Shown here: in pieces, positions 1-9,836 of the stretch | Layout: every line of letters begins with the position of its first letter | Position numbering within the stretch: position 1 is the first letter of the stretch | From: Opitutales bacterium | GTDB lineage: Bacteria; Verrucomicrobiota; Verrucomicrobiia; Opitutales; UBA953 | DNA length: 64,000 nt | Assembly: GCA_040398005.1 (NCBI GenBank) | Contig: JBBAUX010000002.1 | Span: 32,001-96,000, forward strand | Direction: 5' to 3' | Notes under the pieces: model-generated | The model's input: the letters and a program-made list of their open reading frames with translations, nothing else | The model's database searches: none | Told to the model about the DNA's origin: nothing | Program-made: the position numbers and the translations under genes

Positions 1-20
1 ATAAGCTGGAGAGTCTTCCG

Positions 21-1136
21 TCATTTTACCTCAACGTGATTTTTGGCCCGTAATTCTTTTAACCACTCATCAACGGCGGATTTCATCGCTTCGGCACGAA
101 CGCGATTTTCGATGATATCACGAACTAATGGATCATCTAAAGTGTCAGGGCCTGCTGGTTTATAGCCTTCCCGTTTTAAAATGAACCAAACAGATTTTCC
201 GCCCGGTAAATCAAACTGTAAACAACCAGAAATTTCACCGTCTTTCAGTTTCTTTAATTCCGTAACGACGCGTTCATTTAATTCATCGAGAGATTTCCAG
301 CCGACGTTTCCGCCTTTGCTCGCATAGTCGTCTTCGCTCACTAATTCCGCAATCTCGGTAAAGGTACTCGGGGTCGCTTTGGTGCGTGGACTGATTTTAT
401 ACTGGGCCAAGGTTGGCGCGATTTTGCTGGGGTCATTCAACGCCAAAGCCCAAGCATCGGCGCGATTTTTCGCTTCGGTGGCACTTTCGGCCGCCCCTTG
501 ATTGATTGTGATTTGGCGAAAATTAATAACTTCTTTATGAGTAAACTCCGCTTGGTGTTTATCGAAGTATTCTAAAATACGGCCCGGGCCCACGTTGATT
601 GCACTGCGACGGACCTGTCCAATCATGTATTCAAAAGTGATGCGGTCCTCAATTTGTTTGCGATAACTTAAGGGAGTGAGGCCCTGCGCGCGGAGTGCAG
701 CCACGAATCGATTGCGATCTCCCCCAAAATCTCTTCGTACCGTGTCCTCAATATCGGAATCAACGTAACTAGCAGGAATTTTTCCCATGCTATTTTTAAA
801 GTCAGCAATCACCAACTGACGATCGGCAATCTGATTTAAGATTTCGCCTGCGAGATCATCAATCGCTTTATTGAAATCATTATCATTTCCAGTCTTAGTT
901 CTAATTTCTTTGAGGAAGGGGGTGATTTGTTGACGAATTTCCGAAAGAGTTACTGGCTGTCCATCCGCACTCGCCGCAATTCTTTCCGTGTTCATTTCGG
1001 TCCAACGCTGCGCGGCAATTTCTTCTAAGCTTTTTTCTTTAACCGCAGGAGTCGGTGTCGCGGCGGGACTATTTTCGGCAGCGCCAAGGTTTACCCCAAA
1101 AACGAAGAGCAGAAAAAAGAGTGTGGAAATTTTCAT
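21..1136 (-). CDS. SurA/PrsA-like periplasmic chaperone, parvulin (PpiC)-type peptidyl-prolyl isomerase
   Basis: Signal peptide, SurA N-terminal-like helical region, parvulin motif SEDDYASKGGNVGW; 4-nt overlap with mfd. Confidence 0.8.
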   Translation of the reverse strand: MKISTLFFLLFVFGVNLGAAENSPAATPTPAVKEKSLEEIAAQRWTEMNTERIAASADGQPVTLSEIRQQITPFLKEIRTKTGNDNDFNKAIDDLAGEILNQIADRQLVIADFKNSMGKIPASYVDSDIEDTVRRDFGGDRNRFVAALRAQGLTPLSYRKQIEDRITFEYMIGQVRRSAINVGPGRILEYFDKHQAEFTHKEVINFRQITINQGAAESATEAKNRADAWALALNDPSKIAPTLAQYKISPRTKATPSTFTEIAELVSEDDYASKGGNVGWKSLDELNERVVTELKKLKDGEISGCLQFDLPGGKSVWFILKREGYKPAGPDTLDDPLVRDIIENRVRAEAMKSAVDEWLKELRAKNHVEVK

Positions 1137-4100
1137 GAACTAGAAGGTGAGGAGAGTCGCGAGAGGAAACTGCGAATTTCTGTGAGTTTCCGTAGGGGCT
1201 CCCTTGCGGTCAAGCGGGGAAAGCGATTTCCAATTAAGATCAGTTCGCTTTTTCCGCCCAGAACCACTTGTTTGCAACGCAGAGTGGCGTCTTCCGTTGT
1301 AATCGATGTAACCCCTTTGATTTCGGCTAAGCAACGAATCTCGGTAATCTTGAGCAAGGCATCTGCCTCCGGGGGCAGACGTCCATAGCGGTCAAGGAGC
1401 TGTGCTCGGATTTCTTTTAATTCATCAAGATGATTGGCGAGGGCAATTTTCCGAAAGGCTTCAATTCTCAGGCGCGTTTCCGGTATCCATGCCCCGGGCA
1501 GGGTCGCCGTGAGAAGGCCGCTCTCGTCCGAGTTTCCGTAGTTCTCGTTCTGAATGACATCAGCATGAGAAATAAAATCACAATTAATTTCACAGCGCTC
1601 CGCCCAGCCGACTTTCTCGCCCTTAATTTTAGCGACACTCCGGCGGAGCAATTGACAATAGAGTTCAAAGCCAACGAGGGCGATATGTCCGCTTTGTTCA
1701 GCCCCTAAAATATTTCCGGCACCGCGTAACTCGAGATCACGCATAGCAATCCGAAAGCCCGCTCCGAGTTGATTGTACTGGCGGATGGCCGAAAGTCGGC
1801 GTCGGGCACTTTCCACTAATTCAGAATGTCGGTGTAAAAATAAATAGGCATAAGCCTGTCGATTGAATCGACCAATGCGTCCGCGCAATTGATAAAGTTG
1901 AGCTAACCCAAAGCGATCAGCCCCTTCGATGATGAGCGTGTTACAGTTAGGAATATCTAATCCGGTTTCAATAATGGTGGTGCAAACGAGGACATCGAAT
2001 TCGCCGGCGACGAAGGCCGCCATGGTTTCTTCCAGTTGCCCAGCGCCCATTTGGCCGTGTCCGACAACGATTTTGGCCTTTGGAATTAAGGATTTTAGTC
2101 GCTCGGCTACTGCCTGAATGGTCTCTACCCGATTATGCAGATAGAAGACCTGTCCGCCGCGACTTAACTCCGCCAGCACGGCATCGCGCACAGTTTTTTC
2201 ATCGTAGCTTTTTACGAGGGTTCGGATGGGTAGACGTTCGCGCGGTGGAGTTTCAATGACGCTCAAATCTCGCGCTCCGAGCAGAGCTAAATAAAGGGTT
2301 CGCGGAATCGGGGTCGCACTCATGGCGAGCACATCGACTTCGGTGCGCAATCTTTTTAGTTTTTCTTTATGAACGACACCGAAGCGATGTTCTTCATCGA
2401 TAATCACCAGTCCTAATTTTGAAAAATTTGTGCCATCAGAGAGCAGGGCGTGAGTGCCAACGACGATATCGACGAGCCCTAAATTTGCTCGCTCGCGAAC
2501 CTGCGCTTTTTCTTTCGTAGTTCTAAACCCACTGAGCAAATCAACGCTCACTGGCCAACGGCTTAAACGTTCACGAAATGTTTCGTAGTGTTGTTGTGCA
2601 AGTACCGTGGTCGGTGCGAGGATGGCTACTTGTCGTCCACCCACTACGCACTTAAAGGCAGCGCGCAGGGCGACCTCAGTTTTGCCAAAGCCCACGTCCC
2701 CACTGATTAATCGATCCATCGGGGTGGATCGCTCCATATCAGCCTTAGTTTCCTTAATGGCTTTAGATTGATCAGGCGTTTCTTGGTGTGGGAAAGAACG
2801 TTCAAATTCCCCCATCCAAGAATTCTCATCATCCCGTGGATGCACAATGCCTGGCTTAGTTGAACGCTCGGCCTGAAGTGCTAAAAGTTGTGCCGCCAAA
2901 TCTGCGGTAGCTTTTTCTACAGCCTTGCGGGAACGTTCCCAACTGCCGCCACCTAACTTGGAAAGTTTGGGTGCGGCATTACCCATGCCCACATAACGAG
3001 AAATTAAATGTGACTCACGGAGTGGGAGGTGGAGTTGTGCTTTGTTCGCAAATTCCAGGGAAATATAATCTTCAATGCGTCCACGATTTTCGAAGGGTTT
3101 GATTCCGCGAAATAAACAAATACCTTGAGTCGCGTGAACGAGGGCATCGCCGTTGACGATTTCGCCAAAATCTAAGGCTCGACCGACCGCTGCTTGAATG
3201 GCGGTTCGTCTTCGCGGAAGACTGGCGAGCGGGCGTTTTTTTCGACCGAAGAGCTCGCGCTCGGTCAATAAAATCAATCCTTTGCTTAACACTCCCGCGA
3301 GTGAGCCCGATTTAATGATGACGCCTCCGCTGAAGCGCGCAGATAAAATTTGTGGTTTGAATTTAGCTAAGTCTAAAGATTTTGCATCGGCTTCAATCCG
3401 TTCGGTGGAGCCCGGAGTGTCGCCGGTTAAAAGGCAAACCATGTCTTTGCGAGTGAGGCTACTTACTTGTTTTAATAAATCGATTCGTGTTTGGGTGGAG
3501 TCAGTTGACTTACCAATTAAAAGCGATTCCGCGGGTGCACATTCAATATTATGAACTTCCCACCCCGCTTCAACTTCATCGGTTTCTTCTAACGCTAAGA
3601 GCGCGGGTGAGCTCTTAACCAAAGGTGCGCAGATGAGGTCCGAAAAAACCTGATTGATTCCGATGACTAAACTTTGCGCAGGCAGGTGGGTAAAAAACGG
3701 CGAGTCGAATGGCGTGGAACTGTCCTCGCGCGGTGCACAAATCACGACGCTGTTAATCTCACCTTCGCTTTTCTGGGTCGATGGATCAAAGGGTCGAAGC
3801 GACTCCACCACATCACCAAATAAATCAATCCGCACCGGCATTTGTCCATTGATCGGGTAGACATCGAGAATCCCGCCACGCAGGGCGTATTCGCCAGGCT
3901 GCTCACAAAGTGATTCGTGGGCGTAACCAAAATGAGCCGCCAGTTTTTCAGCAACCTCGCGAAGTGAAATGCGCTCACCTTTTCGAATAATTAATTCCTT
4001 CTTATCGGATTCAGTAGCAGAAGGTGCTAACCGCGTGATGGATCCTGGTGTACACGCAATGAGTAGAGGATTTTCGGGAGTATGACTTCCATGACGAATG

Positions 4101-4360
4101 GCGGTCAGCACGCCTAACAAATCACAATCGGCTTCAAAGACCGGAACCACGGCATCCGATTCCGTTAATGTCTTTGCGGTTGCTTTTATGCCTTTGAGAA
4201 TTTGCAGCAGTTGGGTAGTTTCTTCGACTAAGGTTTCCGCCGCGCCTAAATTTGAGGCGAGTATAACAATGACAGAGTGATTATTGCTTTCAGAAAAGGC
4301 ACAAGCCGGCCAAGCGTACGAAGGTACGCCCGTAAAGGCTCGGTGTGACGCCACTTTCAT
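1133..4360 (-). CDS. mfd: Transcription-repair coupling factor
   Basis: UvrB-like region, CarD/RID region, GDVGFGKT, DEEH, SATPIPRT, QLRGRIGR and C-terminal TRCF domain. Confidence 0.97.
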   Translation of the reverse strand: MKVASHRAFTGVPSYAWPACAFSESNNHSVIVILASNLGAAETLVEETTQLLQILKGIKATAKTLTESDAVVPVFEADCDLLGVLTAIRHGSHTPENPLLIACTPGSITRLAPSATESDKKELIIRKGERISLREVAEKLAAHFGYAHESLCEQPGEYALRGGILDVYPINGQMPVRIDLFGDVVESLRPFDPSTQKSEGEINSVVICAPREDSSTPFDSPFFTHLPAQSLVIGINQVFSDLICAPLVKSSPALLALEETDEVEAGWEVHNIECAPAESLLIGKSTDSTQTRIDLLKQVSSLTRKDMVCLLTGDTPGSTERIEADAKSLDLAKFKPQILSARFSGGVIIKSGSLAGVLSKGLILLTERELFGRKKRPLASLPRRRTAIQAAVGRALDFGEIVNGDALVHATQGICLFRGIKPFENRGRIEDYISLEFANKAQLHLPLRESHLISRYVGMGNAAPKLSKLGGGSWERSRKAVEKATADLAAQLLALQAERSTKPGIVHPRDDENSWMGEFERSFPHQETPDQSKAIKETKADMERSTPMDRLISGDVGFGKTEVALRAAFKCVVGGRQVAILAPTTVLAQQHYETFRERLSRWPVSVDLLSGFRTTKEKAQVRERANLGLVDIVVGTHALLSDGTNFSKLGLVIIDEEHRFGVVHKEKLKRLRTEVDVLAMSATPIPRTLYLALLGARDLSVIETPPRERLPIRTLVKSYDEKTVRDAVLAELSRGGQVFYLHNRVETIQAVAERLKSLIPKAKIVVGHGQMGAGQLEETMAAFVAGEFDVLVCTTIIETGLDIPNCNTLIIEGADRFGLAQLYQLRGRIGRFNRQAYAYLFLHRHSELVESARRRLSAIRQYNQLGAGFRIAMRDLELRGAGNILGAEQSGHIALVGFELYCQLLRRSVAKIKGEKVGWAERCEINCDFISHADVIQNENYGNSDESGLLTATLPGAWIPETRLRIEAFRKIALANHLDELKEIRAQLLDRYGRLPPEADALLKITEIRCLAEIKGVTSITTEDATLRCKQVVLGGKSELILIGNRFPRLTAREPLRKLTEIRSFLSRLSSPSSS

Positions 4361-4412
4361 GGTTCTATCCAGAGTGACCGTGAAGGTAGGTCAAACCGAA
4401 CTGCTGATTGTT

Positions 4413-5189
4413 TTACTTTAAGTTAAACCGAGCGATGAATTCCTTCGCCAAGGCTGCGTAAGCGACCGCTCCCGGTGAATGGGCGTCGTACTGGAAAATG
4501 GTTTTACCGTGGCTGGGGCACTCGGAGAGTCGAATCGTCCGAGGTATCATCGTCTTTAAAAGTAACTGAGGGAAATGGGTTTTAACTTCTTCGACCACTT
4601 GGCGTGAAAGATTGGTACGCACATCATACATCGTGAGTAAGATTCCGCCCACCGTGAGTTTCGAGGTCGCATCGGCTTGTTTGAGTTGATCAACCACGCC
4701 GAGAATTTGCCCAAGACCTTCCATCGCTAAATATTCTGTTTGCAGGGCAACTAGAAGATGGTCCGACGCGCGCAGGGCATTCATCGAGAGCATTCCCAGG
4801 GCTGGTGGACAATCGATAATAATGACAGCGTATTTTTTGGAATCGATAATCGGCTGCAGGGCGCTGGATAATCGCGATAAATAATTTTCTGACTGAGCCA
4901 GCTCCGATTCGATGGCAGCTAAATCTACTTCCGAAGGAATTAAATCCAGCTTCTCGGTCGAGGTATTAACAATCATGTCTTCTGCTTTGGCTTCGCCGTG
5001 CAGCACTTTGTAAAGGGAACGACCCTCAATTTTTTCAATACCCAGTGCACTCGTGGCATTAGCTTGAGCATCAAGATCGATGAGCAGGGTGGGGATACTG
5101 GTTTTGGCAAGACCGGCAGCCAGATTAACCGCGGTCGTGGTTTTGCCGACGCCGCCTTTTTGATTCGCGATGGAGAAAATTTTAGTCAC
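4413..5189 (-). CDS. parA: ParA/Soj family ATPase
   Basis: ANQKGGVGKTT deviant Walker A, DLDAQANAT, IIDCPP; GTG start directly after the fabV stop. Confidence 0.9.
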   Translation of the reverse strand: MTKIFSIANQKGGVGKTTTAVNLAAGLAKTSIPTLLIDLDAQANATSALGIEKIEGRSLYKVLHGEAKAEDMIVNTSTEKLDLIPSEVDLAAIESELAQSENYLSRLSSALQPIIDSKKYAVIIIDCPPALGMLSMNALRASDHLLVALQTEYLAMEGLGQILGVVDQLKQADATSKLTVGGILLTMYDVRTNLSRQVVEEVKTHFPQLLLKTMIPRTIRLSECPSHGKTIFQYDAHSPGAVAYAALAKEFIARFNLK

Positions 5190-6392
5190 TTAGGCATCCT
5201 CAATCGGGCGTTCTACTTCGGTGGGAGTATCGTAATCAACTCCGGTGAGTCCGAAGCCAAAGTTTTTGAGGAAGTCAGATTGGTAGCCAGCAAAGTCACC
5301 GTATTGATCAAAGGTTTCGGTGGTAACCTTAGGCCAAATATCAAACACCGCTTTTTGAATCTCGGGCAGCATTTCTAGGTCATCAATACGTACGCGACCT
5401 TTTTCATCAAAGTTCAAGCACTCACCGTTATACATTTGTTTTTCGTAGAGACGCTGAATTTGTTCAATGCAGCCCTCGTGATTTCCCTTTGCTTTCATAA
5501 TTTTGAAAAGCAGAGAAACATAAAGGGGGACCACCGGAATAGCTGAGCTGGCTTGAGTGACGACGGCTTTGTTGACCGAAACAAAGGCCCGACCGCGATG
5601 GAGCTTCATCAGGTTATCAATTTTTTCGCCAGCACGTTCGAGGTCTTCTTTGGCTTTGCCAATGGTTCCGTCTTTGTAAATCGGCCAAGTGACTTGTGGT
5701 CCAATATATGAATAGGCAACGGATTGGCAGCCCTCGGCGATCACCCCAGCTTGGTCGAGTTGATGCATCCAGATTTCCCAGTCTTCTCCGCCCATGACTT
5801 TAACGGTATTTAAAATTTCTTCAGCGTTAGCGGTTTCGAGTGTGACCTCGTTTACTACTTTACGGTCGGTATCTAAATTCTTGGCGTGAAAGGGTGCGCC
5901 CGTTGGCTTGAGTGTCGATTTGTAAGTCACGCCATCAGGGGCAGTGCGCCGAGGTGAAGCTAAAGAATAAATTACCAAATCGATTTTCCCGTTCGGCATT
6001 TTCTTTTTAATCGTCTCGATGACCTGACTTTTTATTTCCGCCGAAAACGCATCACCATTAATTGAGAATGCTTTGAGTCCGGCCTTTTTGGCTTCGGCGT
6101 GAAAACCTGCAGTGTTGTACCAACCGGGGCTGCCAGGTTTATCACCTTCGCCATTACGTTCAAAAAATACTCCGAGGGTGGCGGCGCCTGAACCGAAAGC
6201 GGCCGCGACACGTGAAGATAAGCCGTAGCCAGTCGAAGAGCCGATCACGAGGACTGACTTGGGTCCGCCTTGGAGCGGCTTACGTGATTTTACGTAGCTG
6301 ATTTGCTCACGCACATGGGCGGCACAACCTTCGGGGTGTGAGGTGATGCAAATAAATCCACGGACACGGGGCTTGAGGACTTGCTGGGACAT
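5190..6392 (-). CDS. fabV: Enoyl-ACP reductase FabV / trans-2-enoyl-CoA reductase
   Basis: KPRVRGFICITSHPEGC, GSSTGYG, YSLASP, VMGGEDW, YSYIGP; start trimmed from 6629 to the ATG at 6392 (MSQQVLKP). Confidence 0.93.
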   Translation of the reverse strand: MSQQVLKPRVRGFICITSHPEGCAAHVREQISYVKSRKPLQGGPKSVLVIGSSTGYGLSSRVAAAFGSGAATLGVFFERNGEGDKPGSPGWYNTAGFHAEAKKAGLKAFSINGDAFSAEIKSQVIETIKKKMPNGKIDLVIYSLASPRRTAPDGVTYKSTLKPTGAPFHAKNLDTDRKVVNEVTLETANAEEILNTVKVMGGEDWEIWMHQLDQAGVIAEGCQSVAYSYIGPQVTWPIYKDGTIGKAKEDLERAGEKIDNLMKLHRGRAFVSVNKAVVTQASSAIPVVPLYVSLLFKIMKAKGNHEGCIEQIQRLYEKQMYNGECLNFDEKGRVRIDDLEMLPEIQKAVFDIWPKVTTETFDQYGDFAGYQSDFLKNFGFGLTGVDYDTPTEVERPIEDA

Positions 6393-6477
6393 AGCGAGAG
6401 GATTGAACCGTCGGGGCTTAACTTCAACCCGATTTTCTTCCACTTGCTCCGGTGGCAAACTTAGGGTTGGATGGGCC

Positions 6478-7647
6478 ATGTTCAGTTCCCGACTCTCTTT
6501 TGCAGATGATTCAAACGCCTTAAGCAAGGCGCGGGAACGTCGCCGAACCGCTGGTTTGCCGACACTCGATTTGGCTGATGTAAATCCCGCTACGGCAGGA
6601 TTTGGTTGGTCCGTCTTAGAATTAGGCACCTTGCTTCGCCGCGATGGAATTCAGCGACAAGATCCCGATGCGCGTGGGCTGACGGTCGCTCGTACGGCGA
6701 TTGCAGATTATTATCTCGCTCGCGGAACACGCCTCACGCCCGACCGCATATTTTTATCTGCCAGTACCAGTGAAGGTTATAGTTGGTTATTTAAATTATT
6801 ATGTAATCCAGGTGATGAAATTTTAGTACCCGAGCCTGCCTATCCATTATTAGAAGTGATTGCCGCATTGGAGGGCGTTACACTGAGGCCGTATAGATTA
6901 GTACAACTCGCCGGTGAGTGGGTGATTGATTTGGCGAGTCTGACAGCGAGCCGACAAACACGGGCGATTGTTTGTATCAATCCGTCTAATCCCACCGGGG
7001 CTTTTGTGAGTCGACGTGATCGTGACATCCTTCGCAACTTCGCTTTAAAAAATAGTTTAGCGGTTATTTGTGACGAAGTATTTTTAGATTATCCAGCCGA
7101 AGGTGTGAGTTCACCGGGTACTTGGGTGGGAGAAACTCAAGTGGCTCTTTATGTGTTAAGTGGACTTTCAAAAGTCGCCGTCGCTCCTCAATTAAAAGTA
7201 GGTTGGATTATTGTCTCGGGCCCGACCGACACAGTACAGGAATCTTGTCGTCGCCTCGAACACATCGCCGATGCTTTTCTTTCAGTAAACACCCCTGCGC
7301 AATTAGCTCTGCCCGATTTACTTCGCCGAGCCGAACCGATTCGCGCAGCCATCCGAACACGCGTGAGTGAGAACCAACAAATTTTAAAAGACTGGGTCGT
7401 CACATCGGGGCACGCTTGCACTGTTTTGCCTCGTCCGGCGGGATGGATGGCGATCCTCGGTTTACCTCCCGGGGTTTCGGAAGAATACTTATTGCTCAAC
7501 GCCTTAGATGAGGGGGTTTGGGCTCATCCAGGTTATTTTTATGGCATGTCCTCTAACACGCCCTCGGTTATTCTGAGCCTTTTGCGCAAATCTAGTGAGT
7601 TTTCTGAAGGTTTAAGCGGTTTAGACCGTGCTTTGCGTCGGACTTAA
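6478..7647 (+). CDS. PLP-dependent aminotransferase class I/II
   Basis: NPSNPTG, DEVF, SGLSK (PLP lysine); start trimmed to the ATG at 6478 (MFSSRL) to remove overlap with fabV. Confidence 0.88.
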   Translation: MFSSRLSFADDSNALSKARERRRTAGLPTLDLADVNPATAGFGWSVLELGTLLRRDGIQRQDPDARGLTVARTAIADYYLARGTRLTPDRIFLSASTSEGYSWLFKLLCNPGDEILVPEPAYPLLEVIAALEGVTLRPYRLVQLAGEWVIDLASLTASRQTRAIVCINPSNPTGAFVSRRDRDILRNFALKNSLAVICDEVFLDYPAEGVSSPGTWVGETQVALYVLSGLSKVAVAPQLKVGWIIVSGPTDTVQESCRRLEHIADAFLSVNTPAQLALPDLLRRAEPIRAAIRTRVSENQQILKDWVVTSGHACTVLPRPAGWMAILGLPPGVSEEYLLLNALDEGVWAHPGYFYGMSSNTPSVILSLLRKSSEFSEGLSGLDRALRRT

Positions 7648-7710
7648 TTACCGCTTGCCAATCGGCACCTCACTTATTTGCTACGACCTTCCAAGGAGAA
7701 CAAAACTACT

Positions 7711-7941
7711 ATGTCCCGTATCTGCAGCGTCACCGGCAAGCGCCCCGTCAAGGGCCGTCGAATCATCCACCGTGGTCAATCCAAGAAGAGTGGTGGTATC
7801 GGCTTCCAGCTCGTTAAACAAACGAAGCGTGTCTTCCGCCCCAATGTTCAACGCATTCGCGTTCTCCAACCTAACGGTTCGGTGAAACGTCAATGGGTTT
7901 CGGTTAAAGCGCTCAAAGCTGGTTTAGTAACCAAGGCCTAA
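7711..7941 (+). CDS. rpmB: 50S ribosomal protein L28
   Basis: MSRICSVTGKRP...TKRVFRPNVQ; SD AAGGAG upstream of the ATG at 7711. Confidence 0.95.
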   Translation: MSRICSVTGKRPVKGRRIIHRGQSKKSGGIGFQLVKQTKRVFRPNVQRIRVLQPNGSVKRQWVSVKALKAGLVTKA

Positions 7942-7960
7942 TTTAAAAGATAGGCTTAAT

Positions 7961-7989
7961 AAAAAACCCCGCCATGTGCGGGGTTTTTT
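7961..7989. terminator. Bidirectional intrinsic terminator (rpmB / dgkA)
   Basis: AAAAAACCCCGC-CATGT-GCGGGGTTTTTT between convergent genes. Confidence 0.9.
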
Positions 7990-8012
7990 ATTGGGCGACT
8001 AAGCCGCGTTCA

Positions 8013-8429
8013 TTATTTTGAAAATAATTTCTGAATGATGTCATTGCGCCAGAGTACTCCAACCCAAATGGCCATGGCAGAAAGAATGGTGAGGAAGACA
8101 GCAGCGCTACCCATGTCTTTAGCGCGTTTCGCCAATGGGTGACGATCGAGAGAAATGTGGTCGGTGTTCGCCTCAATCGCTGAGTTGATTAATTCTACGA
8201 TGAGAATCATTTGCAGAACGGAAAAGAGAAGGGCACGTTCGACTGCCGATACGGGAATAAACCAAGCAACGATGGAAAGAGGAATGACGACGATGAGTTC
8301 TTGTTTGAAAGCTTCTTCGTGTTGAGCGGCGGCCTTCAGTCCATCCCAGGTGTAGAAAAGTGCGTTGATTAATCGACCGAAGCCACCTTTGGATTTCATC
8401 GATTCACCGTAGTTTTGAGGCGGTTGCAT
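8013..8429 (-). CDS. dgkA: Diacylglycerol kinase
   Basis: EEAFKQE, ELINSAIE, AKRAKDMGSAAV; three hydrophobic segments. Confidence 0.93.
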   Translation of the reverse strand: MQPPQNYGESMKSKGGFGRLINALFYTWDGLKAAAQHEEAFKQELIVVIPLSIVAWFIPVSAVERALLFSVLQMILIVELINSAIEANTDHISLDRHPLAKRAKDMGSAAVFLTILSAMAIWVGVLWRNDIIQKLFSK

Positions 8430-8549
8430 AGGGTTTAATTAACATATTTAGATTAATTTGAATAGGGCAAAGCCAATTTCTCCCTTAAAACGCTTGCCAG
8501 AGGGGGGTGTAGCCCTAGGTTTCGGGGTTCTCTCAACAGAAAACATACC

Positions 8550-8801
8550 ATGCGCGACGACTATTTGATGGAAGCTAAAAAGAAGATTACTGATCCCAAT
8601 ATTTTAATTAATGTTGTCTCACGCCGTGTGAAACAGCTCCGTGCCACTGCCGAGCGCCAACAAGGTGCACCAGCCAAGTATAAGCATTTATTAGGGGGCG
8701 ATCTCTATGAAACCCTTTCGCCTGAAGATATCGCCCTTCGTGAAATTATCGAAGATAAGATTACTTGGAACTTCGCTCCTGAAGATCAAGTTCAGTCCTA
8801 A
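8550..8801 (+). CDS. rpoZ: RNA polymerase omega subunit (putative)
   Basis: 83 aa; LINVVSRRVKQLR and IALREIIEDKI match the omega-family pattern. Confidence 0.8.
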   Translation: MRDDYLMEAKKKITDPNILINVVSRRVKQLRATAERQQGAPAKYKHLLGGDLYETLSPEDIALREIIEDKITWNFAPEDQVQS

Positions 8802-8853
8802 TCTTCTTTGCTTAGGGAGGACGGGGTTGAGCGGTTATTTTATCCACTAACCT

Positions 8854-9321
8854 ATGTCCGCCCGAAAAGAACAGTCGTTGCCCGAGGTTAATAACCCGAA
8901 GGCGGGACGTGACTACTTCATTGGACAGACTTTTGAAGCGGGTCTGGTTTTGCTGGGCACTGAAGTAAAGTCTCTCCGTTTGGGTCGTGCCAACATCGCT
9001 GACTCTTTTGTCCGTCTCACTCCGAAGGGCCCGGTACTTTTTCACGCACACATTGCGGAATATGATTTTGGTAATCACAACAATCATGACCCTTATCGTA
9101 CCCGAAAACTTTTATTAAAGGCCGTCGAAGTGGCCCGTATTACGGAAGAGGTTCGTTCCGGCGGCTCGACTATCATTCCACTAAAAATTTATTTTAAACA
9201 CGGCTTGGCGAAATGTTTAATCGCGATTGGCAAAGGTAAAAAACAACACGACCGCCGCCAAGATATTAAAGAAAGAGATGCGAAGCGTGAGATCTCACGC
9301 GCGATGCGCAGCCGCCGGTGA
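8854..9321 (+). CDS. smpB: SsrA-binding protein
   Basis: EAGLVLLGTEVKSLR, RTRKLLL, GKGKKQHDRR. Confidence 0.97.
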   Translation: MSARKEQSLPEVNNPKAGRDYFIGQTFEAGLVLLGTEVKSLRLGRANIADSFVRLTPKGPVLFHAHIAEYDFGNHNNHDPYRTRKLLLKAVEVARITEEVRSGGSTIIPLKIYFKHGLAKCLIAIGKGKKQHDRRQDIKERDAKREISRAMRSRR

Positions 9322-9788
9322 AGCCTCCCTTGCACATCGTTTTAATCTGTCCGGAAATTCCTCCGAACACGGGCAACATCGGACGCCTCTGCGCTGTCAC
9401 GGATTGTCGTCTGCACTTAATTCATCCGCTGGGTTTTTCTCTAGAAGATAAACAGCTGCGCCGTGCGGGTATGGATTATTGGCACGAGTTAGATGTACGT
9501 CATCATGATAACTGGGCGGCGTTTCTCGCCTCGCCTGACCGTCCTGAACGCCTATGGCTTTTTACGACTAAAGCTAAACAGGGAATCTGGGACGTAAAAT
9601 TTGAGTTAGGTGATGGTTTGGTTTTTGGAAATGAGGGATCAGGTGCGCCCGCCGAGGTCCACGCTTGGTTTGGTCCCGAACGCTCCACCAAAATACCTCA
9701 TTTAAATGAATCTCTAAGGTCACTGAATTTATCAACGGCCTGTGGAATCGCGACTTACGAGGCCCTTCGACAAATAAAATCAAAATAA
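9318..9788 (+). CDS. trmL: tRNA (cytidine/uridine-34 2'-O)-methyltransferase, SPOUT family
   Basis: PEIPPNTGNIGRLC, LRRAGMDYW, FGNEGSG, RSLNLS. Confidence 0.93.
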   Translation: MKPPLHIVLICPEIPPNTGNIGRLCAVTDCRLHLIHPLGFSLEDKQLRRAGMDYWHELDVRHHDNWAAFLASPDRPERLWLFTTKAKQGIWDVKFELGDGLVFGNEGSGAPAEVHAWFGPERSTKIPHLNESLRSLNLSTACGIATYEALRQIKSK

Positions 9789-9836
9789 CCGAGGCCGATA
9801 GTTGCCACTTAATTATTTTTCGTAATTTACTGAAGT

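Noticed and set aside
6343..6629. Apparent 287-nt head-to-head overlap of fabV and the aminotransferase
   Set aside because: Artefact of longest-ORF starts; family-typical starts at 6392 and 6478 leave an 85-bp divergent intergenic region
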